Part shown: piece after piece, positions 34,770 through 45,712 of the stretch
Layout: each line of letters starts with the position of its first letter
How positions within the stretch are numbered: the first letter of the stretch is position 1
NCBI GenBank assembly: GCA_965655585.1
Contig: CBFHHG010000001.1
Span: 68,630 to 132,629, forward strand
Origin: Candidatus Arcticimaribacter sp.
Lineage (GTDB): Bacteria; Bacteroidota; Bacteroidia; Flavobacteriales; Flavobacteriaceae
Length of the DNA: 64,000 nucleotides
Direction of reading: 5' to 3'
Program-made: the position numbers and the translations under genes
Notes under the pieces: model-generated
What the model was told of the DNA's origin: nothing
The model's input: the letters and a program-made list of their open reading frames with translations, nothing else
Databases searched by the model: none

Positions 34770-37568
34770 ATGAAACTATTCCATTCTTTTTTATTACTAT
34801 GCACTGTAATTAGTTTAAGTGCTCAGACCAAAGACAAACAAAATTCAATTGTCAAGAACATCCCTTTTGAGAATATAGGCCCTACTGTAATGAGTGGTCG
34901 AATTGTAGCCTTAGAAGTAAATCCGGCCGATCCGACGGAGTTTTATGCAGCCTATGCTTCTGGCGGAATTTGGCATACCCAAGATAACGGAATCAGTTTC
35001 ACATCAATCACCGACAACGCTCCAACCCAGAACATCGGTGAAATTGCCATGCATTGGCCCACTAAAACTTTATGGGTAGGTACAGGAGAAAATAATGCTT
35101 CTCGTTCATCCTATGCCGGGATTGGAATGCTCAAGACGACCGACAATGGTGCTAGCTGGGAAAGAAAAGGATTAGCTGACAGTCATCATATCGGAAAAAT
35201 ATTGATCAACCCAAACAACCCAGAAGAGGTGGTTGTTGGTGTTACGGGTCATTTATACACCCCCAATGCTGAACGTGGGATCTATCGTTCTGAAGACGGA
35301 GGAGCGTCTTGGGAACAGGTTTTATTTGTAAATGAAACTTCAGGAATTATTGACATGAGTAGTGTCCCAAATGACTTTAATATTCAATATGCAGCAGCAT
35401 GGGAGAAAGATCGGAAAGCCTGGAATTTTTTGGGGAACGGATCGAACTCAGGAATTTATAAAAGTATTGATGCAGGGAAAACATGGAAGTTGATTTCTAC
35501 TGATGAAAGTGGTTTTCCAAGGGGCACAGGCGTAGGTCGTATTGGTCTTGCTGTTTTTGACGAAAATACCGTTTATGCTATTCACGACTCACAGTTCAGA
35601 CGTCCAGATGAGGCTTCAAAGAAAACAAATGGGTTGGACAAAAGCGATTTTAAAAACATGAGTAAGGAAGCATTTCTAGTACTTGAAGACAAGCGTTTGA
35701 ATGCCTTTTTAAAAGAAAATAATTTCCAAGAAAAATACCGCGCTGCAAATCTTAAAAACAGTGTGCGTAACGGTCTAGTAGTTCCCCGAGATTTAGCAAC
35801 CTATCTTGAAGATGCCAATGCCTTATTGTTCGACACTCCAGTAGTTGGTGCTGAGGTTTTTAAGAGTACAGATGGGGGAACAACTTGGGCCAAAACCCAC
35901 AGCGATTATATTGACGATTTGTACTACAGCTACGGCTACTATTTTGGTCATATACATGTTGCCCCAAATAATGCGGACAAAATATATATTTATGGTGTTC
36001 CGCTTTTAACTTCTGACGACGGAGGTGCAAGCTTCACATCCATAGGGAAAGCCAATGTACATTCCGACCATCACGCCTTGTGGATAAACCCCAATAAGCC
36101 AGGACATCTGATCAATGGAAACGATGGTGGAGTCAATATTACTTACGATGATGGTGCACATTGGATGAAAAACAATTCCACAGCGGTTGGACAGTTTTAT
36201 GCGATCAATATTGATCACGAAAAACCCTACAACGTCTATGGCGGATTGCAAGATAATGGTGTTTGGAAAGGAGCGCACAACGCTCGAATTGACGAGCGTT
36301 GGCAGTCTACAGGACACAATCCATGGACGTCTATTATGGGAGGCGATGGAATGCAAATTCAAATTGACAACAGGAACAGCAACATTGTTTATACAGGATA
36401 CCAATTTGGAAATTACTTTCGCTTAGACTTAGAAACAAAGAAAAGAACCTATATACAACCCAAGCATGAATTAGGTGAAGCACCCTATCGCTTCAATTGG
36501 CAGACTCCCATTTTACTTTCGTCTCATAACCAAGACATTTTGTATTTGGGTGGAAACAAACTCCACAGATCGTTAAACCAAGGAGATGATTGGTTTGCAA
36601 TTTCCGATGATTTAACCCAAGGTGGGAAGAAGGGAAATGTAGCTTTTGGAACACTAACCACAATTGCAGAATCGCCTTCTCAGTTTGGTTTTTTATATAC
36701 GGGTAGTGACGATGGTTATGTTTATCGATCTGAAAATGGAGGAGGAAGCTGGGATCGTGTTTCCGATAACTTACCTCAGAATTTGTGGGTCAGCCGAGTG
36801 CTTGCTTCTGAACATCAAAAAGAACGGGTTTATGTTACTCTAAACGGCTACAGAAAAGACGATTTCACAGCCTATGTATATGTTAGTGAAGACAAAGGAG
36901 TCAGTTGGAAATCCATAAACACGAACTTGCCCAATAGTCCAGTTAATGTAATCAGAGAAGACCCTACTAACGATCAAATTCTATACCTCGGAAACGATCA
37001 AGGGGTTTATGTTTCGTTTGATCAAGGGCAAAAATGGCATCCTTTTGCTAATGGATTAACTACAGCTGCGGTTCATGATTTGGTTCTACAGCCCGAAGCA
37101 AATCATCTTTTGGTAGGAACTCACGGACGATCAATTTACAAAGCGGATTTGGCTCCTTTTCAAAAGCTAAACGATGCTTTTTTGAAACAAGAGCTAGTTT
37201 TATTAGACCCCCAAAAGATAAAACATTCGAAACGTTGGGGATCAAGTTATTCTTCATGGAGAACGGTGTTTGAACCCGAAACTACTTTTACTGTATTTGC
37301 CAAAACTCCAGCGGCTTATGAGATGCAAGTAAAAGACACCAAAGGCACTGTTTTATTTTCACAAAAGGGAATGCTTGAAGCAGGCTTTAATTTTATTATC
37401 TATGCACTTGAAAAAGATGCTCTAGGCGTCAAAAACTTCAATAAAAAGAATAAAAAATCACCCTCTAAATCTGCTAATAATGGAAAGCACTACCTCGAAA
37501 AAGGCACCTACAGTATCGAATTTACGAAAGGAACCCTCAAACAAAAAAAAGCGCTACACATTCAATAA
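34770..37568 (+). CDS. secreted BNR/Asp-box repeat (sortilin/VPS10-like) protein
   Basis: It has a signal peptide and at least 8 Asp-box motifs. Examples are SEDGGASW, SIDAGKTW, STDGGTTW, SDDGGASF, SENGGGSW and SEDKGVSW. Confidence 0.8.
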   Translation: MKLFHSFLLLCTVISLSAQTKDKQNSIVKNIPFENIGPTVMSGRIVALEVNPADPTEFYAAYASGGIWHTQDNGISFTSITDNAPTQNIGEIAMHWPTKTLWVGTGENNASRSSYAGIGMLKTTDNGASWERKGLADSHHIGKILINPNNPEEVVVGVTGHLYTPNAERGIYRSEDGGASWEQVLFVNETSGIIDMSSVPNDFNIQYAAAWEKDRKAWNFLGNGSNSGIYKSIDAGKTWKLISTDESGFPRGTGVGRIGLAVFDENTVYAIHDSQFRRPDEASKKTNGLDKSDFKNMSKEAFLVLEDKRLNAFLKENNFQEKYRAANLKNSVRNGLVVPRDLATYLEDANALLFDTPVVGAEVFKSTDGGTTWAKTHSDYIDDLYYSYGYYFGHIHVAPNNADKIYIYGVPLLTSDDGGASFTSIGKANVHSDHHALWINPNKPGHLINGNDGGVNITYDDGAHWMKNNSTAVGQFYAINIDHEKPYNVYGGLQDNGVWKGAHNARIDERWQSTGHNPWTSIMGGDGMQIQIDNRNSNIVYTGYQFGNYFRLDLETKKRTYIQPKHELGEAPYRFNWQTPILLSSHNQDILYLGGNKLHRSLNQGDDWFAISDDLTQGGKKGNVAFGTLTTIAESPSQFGFLYTGSDDGYVYRSENGGGSWDRVSDNLPQNLWVSRVLASEHQKERVYVTLNGYRKDDFTAYVYVSEDKGVSWKSINTNLPNSPVNVIREDPTNDQILYLGNDQGVYVSFDQGQKWHPFANGLTTAAVHDLVLQPEANHLLVGTHGRSIYKADLAPFQKLNDAFLKQELVLLDPQKIKHSKRWGSSYSSWRTVFEPETTFTVFAKTPAAYEMQVKDTKGTVLFSQKGMLEAGFNFIIYALEKDALGVKNFNKKNKKSPSKSANNGKHYLEKGTYSIEFTKGTLKQKKALHIQ

Positions 37569-38457
37569 ATCGAAAAAACTACGAGGGCATTTCCTACTAC
37601 TCTTGTTTGTTGGTGCGCTGAGTTTTGGATACGGTCAAAGTGAACAATCAAAAGATAGCCTTTGGTTCAAAGAAGGAAAAGTAGGTGTACTTCTCAATCA
37701 GGCTACCTTTGGAGAGTGGCTTGGTGGGGGAACCAACAATTTTAATGGAATTGTAAACCTAGATTATAAAATTCAACGCACTCAAGAGGCGTGGGATTGG
37801 ACAACAATCTTAGACGCTTCCTTGGGTTTTACTAAAGCAGAATCTTCGGCTTTTTATAAAAAAACAGTAGATCATTTGGAGTTGAATTCCGTTTTAGCGC
37901 GAGTTGGAGATGACTCTTGGGGTTTTTCAACTTCATTCAATTTAAAATCTCAATGGATTGCAGGATATGTTTTTTCTGAAGAAGATTCTGGACAAGAAAT
38001 AAGCACGCAAACGACATCCTTCTTTTCTCCGTTTTATGCGCGAATTGGGGTTGGATACACCTATAAAAAGTCAAGGTCTTTTAGCTTTCAAGTAGAACCC
38101 TTAGCAGCACGGCTGATTCATGTTGCAAAACGATTTACTCGGAATTTAGACGATGGAGAAACCTATTTTGGTGTTGGACCAAATCAACAAGCGCGATGGG
38201 AATTAGGATTTTCGATTGCTGCGCAAGGGAAATGGCCTTTACTACCCAATGTTATCCTGGTCAATAAACTGAATCTAATCTCAAACTACATAGAAGAATT
38301 TAAGAATTTTGATTTGGATTATACGCTAGGAATTGACATGAAAGTAAATAACTATTTGGCTGCTCAGTTTGAAATACAACTTGTATACGACGATAATGCC
38401 CTTGCAAAAATTCAAACACGACAAGTTTTTGGTGTAAGTATCGGTTTTTCCTTCTAA
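37480..38457 (+). CDS. DUF3078-like outer-membrane beta-barrel protein
   Basis: The pattern LNQATFGEWLGGGTNNF... is typical of DUF3078. The only in-frame start upstream of the signal sequence is the ATG at 37480, which gives an 89-nt overlap with the previous gene. Confidence 0.65.
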   Translation: MESTTSKKAPTVSNLRKEPSNKKKRYTFNKSKKLRGHFLLLLFVGALSFGYGQSEQSKDSLWFKEGKVGVLLNQATFGEWLGGGTNNFNGIVNLDYKIQRTQEAWDWTTILDASLGFTKAESSAFYKKTVDHLELNSVLARVGDDSWGFSTSFNLKSQWIAGYVFSEEDSGQEISTQTTSFFSPFYARIGVGYTYKKSRSFSFQVEPLAARLIHVAKRFTRNLDDGETYFGVGPNQQARWELGFSIAAQGKWPLLPNVILVNKLNLISNYIEEFKNFDLDYTLGIDMKVNNYLAAQFEIQLVYDDNALAKIQTRQVFGVSIGFSF

Positions 38458-38590
38458 CCTTTGTCTAAGATTTAGACTGTTAAAGTCAATTTTAACTTAA
38501 AAAAGTAAAACATTTTCTCCATCCTATGAGTTGGATGGCAGAGATATCAAAAAAAGGGAATTTATATTTTATTTCAAATTCCTTTTAGCT

Positions 38591-38598
38591 TAATTTTG
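38591..38598 (+). promoter_or_regulatory. -7 promoter box (TAATTTTG) for sdhCAB
   Basis: It matches TAnnTTTG, 21 nt upstream of the sdhC ATG. Confidence 0.4.
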
Positions 38599-38618
38599 TG
38601 AAACTAAATTAATAATTA

Positions 38619-39278
38619 ATGAGCGGAGTAATCAAGTCATCTTTAGCACGTAAATATACCATGGCACTTTCAGGTTTATTCCTGGTTGTGTTTTTATTGC
38701 AACATTTCACCATAAACCTAACGTCTGTATTTAGTGAAGATGTTTTTAATGAGATTTCTCACTTCATGGGAAATAATCCTTTAGTACAGTTTGTTTTGCA
38801 GCCGATTCTAATTTTTGGGGTAATTTTTCACTTCCTTATGGGATTTGTTTTGGAGCTTAAAAACAGAAGTGCACGAGCGCAAAATTATGCCCAGAACAAG
38901 GGTTCAGCAAATTCATCTTGGATGTCCAGAAACATGATCTGGTCTGGTGCAGTAATTCTTTCTTTTTTAGTTTTGCATTTCATCGACTTCTGGTTTCCTG
39001 AAATGAATTATAAATACATCGAAAGTCTTCCTTTAGAGCCGAATCGTTATTTTGAAGAAATGGTTCACAAATTTGTAAACCCAATTCGTGTTGTAGCATA
39101 TGTAGTTTCTTTTGGATTCCTGATGCTGCATTTACTCCACGGGTTTAGTTCTTCTTTTCAATCCATTGGGTTGAATAATAAATACACTCGAGGATTCAAA
39201 TCATTTACGATTGCTTTTTCTATTGTGATTCCAGTTGGATTCATTTTTATAGCAATCTTTCACCATTTAAACGCATAA
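38619..39278 (+). CDS. sdhC: succinate dehydrogenase/fumarate reductase cytochrome b subunit (b558 type)
   Basis: It is 219 aa with 5 TM helices and conserved His residues. It is the first gene of the three-gene sdh operon. Confidence 0.85.
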   Translation: MSGVIKSSLARKYTMALSGLFLVVFLLQHFTINLTSVFSEDVFNEISHFMGNNPLVQFVLQPILIFGVIFHFLMGFVLELKNRSARAQNYAQNKGSANSSWMSRNMIWSGAVILSFLVLHFIDFWFPEMNYKYIESLPLEPNRYFEEMVHKFVNPIRVVAYVVSFGFLMLHLLHGFSSSFQSIGLNNKYTRGFKSFTIAFSIVIPVGFIFIAIFHHLNA

Positions 39279-39282
39279 GAAT

Positions 39283-41286
39283 ATGGCAAGTTTAGATTCT
39301 AAAATACCTAAGGGGCCTTTATCAGATAAATGGACCAATCATAAAAGTCACATCAATTTAGTGAGCCCTGCCAACAAACGTCTCATCGACATTATTGTTG
39401 TAGGAACAGGATTAGCTGGAGCTTCGGCCTCTGCTACTCTAGCTGAATTGGGCTACAATGTAAAAGCATTTTGCTTTCAAGATTCTCCACGACGTGCACA
39501 CTCAATTGCCGCTCAGGGAGGGATCAATGCAGCAAAAAATTATCAAGGAGATGGGGATTCTACCTATCGCCTATTCTACGATACGGTAAAAGGAGGAGAT
39601 TATCGCTCAAGAGAGTCGAACGTTCATCGTCTGGCTGAGGTTTCTACCAACATCATTGATCAATGTGTTGCTCAAGGGGTTCCTTTTGCTCGAGACTATG
39701 GTGGTTTGCTCGACAATCGTTCTTTCGGAGGAGTATTGGTTTCCCGTACCTTTTATGCTAAAGGACAAACGGGTCAACAGTTATTGCTTGGGGCATATTC
39801 TGCAATGAACCGCCAAATTGGTCGTGGAAAAATTAAAATGTATAACCGTCATGAAATGATGGATCTCGTCTTAGTCGATGGGAAGGCACGTGGGATTATT
39901 GCTCGTAACCTAGTTACCGGTGCCGTTGAACGTCACGGAGCTCATGCTGTAGTAGTTGCATCTGGTGGATACGGAAATGTATTCTTCCTTTCAACAAACG
40001 CAATGGGAAGTAATGTTTCTGCTGGGTGGAAAATCCACCAAAAAGGAGCTCATTTTGCGAACCCATGTTTTACACAAATTCACCCAACCTGTATTCCGGT
40101 TTCAGGAGACCATCAGTCAAAACTGACCTTAATGTCTGAATCTTTGCGAAACGATGGACGTATTTGGGTACCGAAAAACTTGGATGACGTTCAAGCCATA
40201 CGCGAGGGCAAGTTAAGTCCAACTCAACTTAAAGAAGAAGACCGTGATTATTATTTAGAACGCCGTTATCCTGCCTTTGGGAACCTCGTTCCTAGAGATG
40301 TAGCTTCTAGGGCTTCTAAGGAACGTTGCGATGCTGGTTATGGAGTAAATGCTACAGGTGAAGCGGTATATTTAGACTTTGCAGCTGCAATCACCCGGTA
40401 CGGAAAAGAACAAGCACACGTCAAAGGACTGAATGAAGATGATGCAGTACTCGTTAAAAAATTAGGACAAGATGTTGTCCGTTCTAAATACGGAAACTTG
40501 TTTCAGATGTACGAAAAGATTGTAGATCAAAATCCTTACGAAACCCCTATGATGATTTATCCTGCGGTACACTACACTATGGGTGGCGTATGGGTCGATT
40601 ATAATTTAATGACTTCTATTCCCGGTTGCTATGCAATTGGAGAAGCAAATTTTTCTGATCACGGTGCCAACCGCTTGGGAGCTTCGGCTTTGATGCAAGG
40701 TTTGGCAGATGGTTATTTTGTGTTGCCCTATACCATTGGAGATTATTTAGCCGATGATATCCGAACCGGTTCAATTGCAACTGATTCTCCTGAATTTGAT
40801 GCAGCTGAAAAAGCAGTATTGGATAAGATCAGTTTATTCTTGAATAATAAAGGAGAACATTCCGTTGATTATTACCACAAGAAATTAGGTAAAATCATGT
40901 GGGATAAGTGTGGTATGTCTCGTAATGCAGAAGGTTTGAAAGAAGCCATGGCAGACATCAAAGCATTGAGAGAAGACTTTTACAAAAATGTAAATGTACC
41001 CGGAACGGATACTGAATTCAACGAGCAGTTGGCTAAAGCTGGCCGTGTTGCTGATTTCCTTGAACTTGGAGAATTATTTGCAAAAGATGCTTTAGAACGC
41101 ACCGAATCTTGTGGAGGACATTTCCGCGAGGAATCGCAAACTCCAGAAGGAGAGGCAATGCGTGATGACGAAAACTTCACATTCGTTTCTGCTTGGGAAT
41201 ACAAAGGAGAACCAGCAGATGCAGTATTGCATAAAGAAGAGTTGAACTACGAAGAAATTGAAGTAAAAACACGTTCTTATAAATAA
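39283..41286 (+). CDS. sdhA: succinate dehydrogenase/fumarate reductase flavoprotein subunit
   Basis: The FAD motif is [12 protein letters not shown], and the covalent-FAD His context is [16 protein letters not shown]-terminal helical domain is present. Confidence 0.95.
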   Translation: MASLDSKIPKGPLSDKWTNHKSHINLVSPANKRLIDIIVVGTGLAGASASATLAELGYNVKAFCFQDSPRRAHSIAAQGGINAAKNYQGDGDSTYRLFYDTVKGGDYRSRESNVHRLAEVSTNIIDQCVAQGVPFARDYGGLLDNRSFGGVLVSRTFYAKGQTGQQLLLGAYSAMNRQIGRGKIKMYNRHEMMDLVLVDGKARGIIARNLVTGAVERHGAHAVVVASGGYGNVFFLSTNAMGSNVSAGWKIHQKGAHFANPCFTQIHPTCIPVSGDHQSKLTLMSESLRNDGRIWVPKNLDDVQAIREGKLSPTQLKEEDRDYYLERRYPAFGNLVPRDVASRASKERCDAGYGVNATGEAVYLDFAAAITRYGKEQAHVKGLNEDDAVLVKKLGQDVVRSKYGNLFQMYEKIVDQNPYETPMMIYPAVHYTMGGVWVDYNLMTSIPGCYAIGEANFSDHGANRLGASALMQGLADGYFVLPYTIGDYLADDIRTGSIATDSPEFDAAEKAVLDKISLFLNNKGEHSVDYYHKKLGKIMWDKCGMSRNAEGLKEAMADIKALREDFYKNVNVPGTDTEFNEQLAKAGRVADFLELGELFAKDALERTESCGGHFREESQTPEGEAMRDDENFTFVSAWEYKGEPADAVLHKEELNYEEIEVKTRSYK

Positions 41287-41290
41287 GATA

Positions 41291-42040
41291 ATGATGAATT
41301 TGACCTTAAAAATTTGGAGACAAGCCAATACAACCTCAAAAGGAGAAATGGTAACCTATCCAATTGAAAATGTATCTCCCGATATGTCCTTTTTAGAAAT
41401 GATGGATGTTTTGAACGAACAACTCATCAACAAAGGAATTGATCCAGTTGCTTTTGATCATGATTGTCGCGAAGGTATTTGCGGCATGTGTTCGATGTAC
41501 ATCAACGGAGAAGCACATGGACCGGATCGTTTAGTAACAACTTGCCAGTTGCATATGCGTAAGTTCAAAGATGGAGAAACCATAACCATTGAGCCTTTTA
41601 GAGCCAATGCATTTCCGGTTGTAAAAGATCTTGCAGTTGATCGTTCGGCCTTCGATCGTATTCAGCATGCTGGTGGTTTTGTAAGTGTAAACACTTCTGG
41701 AAACACCCAAGATGCAAACAACATTCCAATTGACAAACACGATGCTGATAAAGCCTTCGATGCTGCAACCTGTATTGGATGTGGTGCTTGTGTAGCCAGT
41801 TGTAAAAACGCATCTGCTATGCTGTTTGTTTCGGCTAAAGTTTCACAGTATGCTTTACTTCCTCAAGGGAAAGTTGAAGCGACCGACCGTGTTCTGAATA
41901 TGGTAAAACAAATGGACGATGAAGGATTTGGTAACTGCACCAATACTGGAGCCTGTGAAGTAGAATGTCCAAAGGGAATTTCCTTAGAAAACATTGCGCG
42001 TATGAACAGAGAATATCTTTTCGCTACTGCTAAGGGATAA
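41291..42040 (+). CDS. sdhB: succinate dehydrogenase/fumarate reductase iron-sulfur subunit
   Basis: The Cys clusters are [20 protein letters not shown] and [12 protein letters not shown]. Confidence 0.95.
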   Translation: MMNLTLKIWRQANTTSKGEMVTYPIENVSPDMSFLEMMDVLNEQLINKGIDPVAFDHDCREGICGMCSMYINGEAHGPDRLVTTCQLHMRKFKDGETITIEPFRANAFPVVKDLAVDRSAFDRIQHAGGFVSVNTSGNTQDANNIPIDKHDADKAFDAATCIGCGACVASCKNASAMLFVSAKVSQYALLPQGKVEATDRVLNMVKQMDDEGFGNCTNTGACEVECPKGISLENIARMNREYLFATAKG

Positions 42041-42065
42041 AAAGCTTTAAAGTATTACATAATAT

Positions 42066-42100
42066 AAACCCCCGTCTTTTGAAGATGGGGGTTTTGTTTT
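42066..42100 (+). terminator. intrinsic terminator of the sdh operon
   Basis: The stem CCCCCGTCTT/AAGATGGGGG is 10 bp with one G-T pair and a 3-nt loop. It is followed by TTTTGTTTTT. Confidence 0.7.
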
Positions 42101-42159
42101 TATTGATCATACTATTTTAAGTATAGGTTATTTTTTCATGACCTTATTGTTTTCCAAAA

Positions 42160-43311
42160 CTATTCAATAGCCTTCAGCACTTTTTCCATAAAAGTAGCCA
42201 CCTGAGCAGGTTCGAGCCAGCGGGTAACAACCACCACATTTTGATCAGGGATAACAATGATGAAATTCCCGCCAAAGCCAGCGGCATAGTAGATGTTTTC
42301 GGCAGCACCCTCCCAGTAACGAGGACCTTTTTTATTCAGCCACCAGAGATAACCATAATTTGGATTTGCTGCAGAAGCCGTAGTCGCTTGTTCGATCCAT
42401 TTTTCGCTGAGTAGTTGTTTTCCATTCCATGAGCCTTTCGATAAAAAGAGTAATCCAAAACGCGCATGGTCTTCAGTGCTAATGAATAAACCACCTCCCG
42501 AATGCCCACCACCAGAAACGGATTCTACCTGAACACCATCGATCGGAGTCCAAGAGTTTCTGTAACCAAACCAGCGCCAAGTAGTCGAGGCTCCAATCGG
42601 ATCCATGATTTCTGTTTTTAACACCTGAGGCAAAGGTTTTCTCCAGACATTCAACAGAGAATAAGAAAGTACGTTTACACGTACATCATTGTACTTAAAG
42701 TAAGTTCCAGGTTCATTGAGTGTTCGATTTTTCCAGTCGTCAATTGCTCCTTCTTTTGGCGGACGATCGGCCCAATCGTGAAGTCCCCAAATACTCCCCG
42801 ACCAGTCGGAAGATTGCGTCAAAAGATGATCCCATCGGATTTTTTGATTGTGCTCCCCGTCGAACGTAGCATCCCAAATATAGTCGGTTAAATAATCATC
42901 GGTAGAAGCAATTAAGCCCCGATCAACTGCCAAACCTGCTAGGGTTGACAAATAGCTTTTGGTAACGCTAAAAGTCATGTCTACGCGCTTGGTGTCGCCC
43001 CACTGAGCAATCACATAACCCTCTTTTAGAATCATACCGGAAGGACCACCGTGTTTTTTGGTTGGACCTAAAATTTGATGGTATGGCTCCCGTGCAAAAC
43101 CTTTAACTATTGCTACACGCAAATCACGACCACCGCTGTATTCATTATCCTTTGCAAAAGAAACAGCATCTTCCAGGTGATTTGGATTGATGTCAAATGT
43201 TTCTGGAGTTCGCATTTCCCAGTTGCCGTTTTTTTCAGGGTAATAGTAGTCCTGCCCTTGTACACAAAAAGGAAGGATAGCTGTTATAAGTAAAAAGTAA
43301 TATGTTTTCAT
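42160..43311 (-). CDS. serine hydrolase (beta-lactamase/transpeptidase-like family), secreted
   Basis: It has a signal peptide and the SxxK motif in FSVTKSYLSTLAG. Confidence 0.8.
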   Translation of the reverse strand: MKTYYFLLITAILPFCVQGQDYYYPEKNGNWEMRTPETFDINPNHLEDAVSFAKDNEYSGGRDLRVAIVKGFAREPYHQILGPTKKHGGPSGMILKEGYVIAQWGDTKRVDMTFSVTKSYLSTLAGLAVDRGLIASTDDYLTDYIWDATFDGEHNQKIRWDHLLTQSSDWSGSIWGLHDWADRPPKEGAIDDWKNRTLNEPGTYFKYNDVRVNVLSYSLLNVWRKPLPQVLKTEIMDPIGASTTWRWFGYRNSWTPIDGVQVESVSGGGHSGGGLFISTEDHARFGLLFLSKGSWNGKQLLSEKWIEQATTASAANPNYGYLWWLNKKGPRYWEGAAENIYYAAGFGGNFIIVIPDQNVVVVTRWLEPAQVATFMEKVLKAIE

Positions 43312-43341
43312 GACCTAAGATTTTGATTCAATACAATTGAA

Positions 43342-44823
43342 TTAGTTTGATTTTGTTCGTTCCACTGCGCTTTGCCACCCACTGTATTTTTTGTTTCTTA
43401 TTTCTTGTTCCATAGTCGGACTAAAAAGGGTTTCTCGTTCTCGTACTTCTTCAACTGAATCGAGGGTCCAAACCCCAGCTTTAATTCCAGCTAAAAATGC
43501 CGCACCCAGTGCGGTAACTTCTAGCATTTTGGGGCGGTCAACTTCTACGTTCAAAATGTCGGACTGAAACTGCATTAAATAATTATTTGCAGAAGCTCCT
43601 CCGTCAACTTTAAGAGACACAATTGACGAACCACTATCTTCGAGCATGGCATCGATCACATCTTTAGTCTGATATGCCATCGCCTCAACGGTGGCTTTTG
43701 TAAGTTCTTTTTTGCCAACATCTAGGGTTATTCCATGAATCGATCCTTTAGCTTTTGCATCCCAATAAGGGGCACCTAAACCCGCAAATGCGGGGACTAC
43801 GTATAAATCTTCTAGGGGTGGAATAGAAGTGCAAATTGCTTCGGTTTCGGCAGCATGGTCAATTAAATTCAATTGATCCCGCAGCCATTGAATCGACGCT
43901 CCACCAATAAATATGCTCCCTTCGAGTGCGTAATTGGGCTTTTCGTTTTCGATACTACAAGCCAGGGTTGTAAGCAAACCGTTTTTAGAAACCAAGTGTT
44001 GCTTTCCTGTATTGAGCAAAAGAAAACAACCTGTACCGTAGGTGTTTTTAGCCATTCCAGGTTGATGACCACCTTGTCCAAATAAGGCTGCTTGTTGATC
44101 TCCCGCTACTCCGTAGATTGGAATCTGAATTCCCTTATAATCCAAGGCACCAAAGTCGGAAGAAGATTCCTGTACATGGGGTAGCATGGATGATGGAATT
44201 CCCATTGCTTGCAACATTTGCTCATCCCACGACAATGTTTTGATGTTGTAGATCATTGTTCGTGAAGCGTTGGTGTGGTCTGTCACATGTCTTTTCCCTT
44301 GGGTTAATTTAAAAATCAACCAAGAATCGATGGTTCCAAAAAGCAGTTCTCCTGCCTCTGCGCGTTGGCGTGCCCCGGGAACTTCATCTAAAATCCATTT
44401 GAGTTTGGTTCCCGAAAAATAGGAATCGATCACCAAACCGGTATTTTCTTTTACATAAGTTTCTAAACCGTCTGCTTTGAGTTGATCGCAGATAGGAGTG
44501 GTTCTTTTGTCGAGCCACACAATGGCTTTATGTATCGGTTCGCCAGTATCTTTATCCCACACTACGGTTGTTTCACGTTGATTGGTAATTCCGATAGAAG
44601 CAATTTCCAAAGGATCAATTCCTGTTTCTGACATTACCTTATCAAAGGCTTCGAGTTGATCATTGAAAATGGCAGTCGCATCGTGTTCTACCCAACCCGA
44701 TTGCGGATAATATTGCTGAAGTTCTTTTTGAGATATGCCTATAATAGTTCCTTTTTTATCAAAAATTATGGCGCGTGTACTGGTAGTTCCTTGATCAAAT
44801 GCAACAATATATTTTTTTTCCAT
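43342..44823 (-). CDS. glpK: glycerol kinase
   Basis: YIVAFDQGTTSTRAIIF is present, and the FGGY kinase motifs run throughout. Confidence 0.95.
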   Translation of the reverse strand: MEKKYIVAFDQGTTSTRAIIFDKKGTIIGISQKELQQYYPQSGWVEHDATAIFNDQLEAFDKVMSETGIDPLEIASIGITNQRETTVVWDKDTGEPIHKAIVWLDKRTTPICDQLKADGLETYVKENTGLVIDSYFSGTKLKWILDEVPGARQRAEAGELLFGTIDSWLIFKLTQGKRHVTDHTNASRTMIYNIKTLSWDEQMLQAMGIPSSMLPHVQESSSDFGALDYKGIQIPIYGVAGDQQAALFGQGGHQPGMAKNTYGTGCFLLLNTGKQHLVSKNGLLTTLACSIENEKPNYALEGSIFIGGASIQWLRDQLNLIDHAAETEAICTSIPPLEDLYVVPAFAGLGAPYWDAKAKGSIHGITLDVGKKELTKATVEAMAYQTKDVIDAMLEDSGSSIVSLKVDGGASANNYLMQFQSDILNVEVDRPKMLEVTALGAAFLAGIKAGVWTLDSVEEVRERETLFSPTMEQEIRNKKYSGWQSAVERTKSN

Positions 44824-44935
44824 GGCGAATGCGTTTAGTCTTTAGGTTTAAAGATAGGAGAAAAAGAATCAGCTCAGATTAATAGATCTTAAAAAGCGTT
44901 TTAATTTTATGTATTTTTATTTAAAATTGTTTCAC

Positions 44936-45712
44936 ATGAAAACAGCATTGAATGTTGCCTTGATTCAAACTGATTTGGTTTGGGAACAGCCCCAAGCCAA
45001 CAGAAATCAGATCGAAACCTATTTTGAACAAATCACTTCAAGTACCGATGTGGTTTTTCTACCCGAAATGTTTTCTACAGGTTTTACGATGCAGCCTGAA
45101 CGGGTTGCCGAGCCCATGTCGGGCGTCACCATTCAGTGGATGAAACAGTGGTCCAAAAAACTTCAAGTGGCGGTTGCTGGCAGTATTGCAATCGAAGAAG
45201 AAGGACAGTTTTACAATCGATTCGTATGGGTCAATGCAGATGGCAGCATCCATCATTATGATAAAAGGCATCGATATACACCGGCGGGAGAACATATTGC
45301 CTATCAAGCAGGTACAACAGATGGGATTATAAATTTTAAGGGATGGAAGGTGTGCCTTAGAATATGTTATGATCTCCGTTTTCCGGTTTGGTCGAGGAAC
45401 ACCTCAGCGTATGATTTGTTGGTTTTTGTTGCCAATTGGCCAGCTCCAAGAATCCATGCATGGGATACACTGTTGCAAGCACGTGCAATTGAGAATATGA
45501 GCTTTACCCTCGGTGTAAATCGAATCGGATCAGATGCTAACGACAATGCATATCCCGGTCACAGTGCAGCATATAACCCTTTAGGGGTCTGTTTGGGGAC
45601 TGCTGATAGTACATCGGGTTTGGTTCAAGTAACTTTAAATATAAAAGATCAAGAAGCCATAAGAACGCAATTAAACTTTCTTAACGATCGCGATTTGTTT
45701 CTGCTACAGTAA
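44936..45712 (+). CDS. nitrilase-superfamily amidohydrolase (omega-amidase YafV-like)
   Basis: The catalytic triad contexts are FLPEMF (Glu), YDKRH (Lys) and RICYDLRFP (Cys). I prefer the ATG at 44936. Confidence 0.85.
   Translation: MKTALNVALIQTDLVWEQPQANRNQIETYFEQITSSTDVVFLPEMFSTGFTMQPERVAEPMSGVTIQWMKQWSKKLQVAVAGSIAIEEEGQFYNRFVWVNADGSIHHYDKRHRYTPAGEHIAYQAGTTDGIINFKGWKVCLRICYDLRFPVWSRNTSAYDLLVFVANWPAPRIHAWDTLLQARAIENMSFTLGVNRIGSDANDNAYPGHSAAYNPLGVCLGTADSTSGLVQVTLNIKDQEAIRTQLNFLNDRDLFLLQ

Noticed and set aside
37270-37568. C-terminus of the BNR-repeat protein considered as a T9SS sorting domain
   Set aside because: The ending ...GTYSIEFTKGTLKQKKALHIQ loosely resembles T9SS CTDs. However, the region is interrupted by a Lys-rich insert and I cannot verify the motifs without an HMM search, so I do not claim it.
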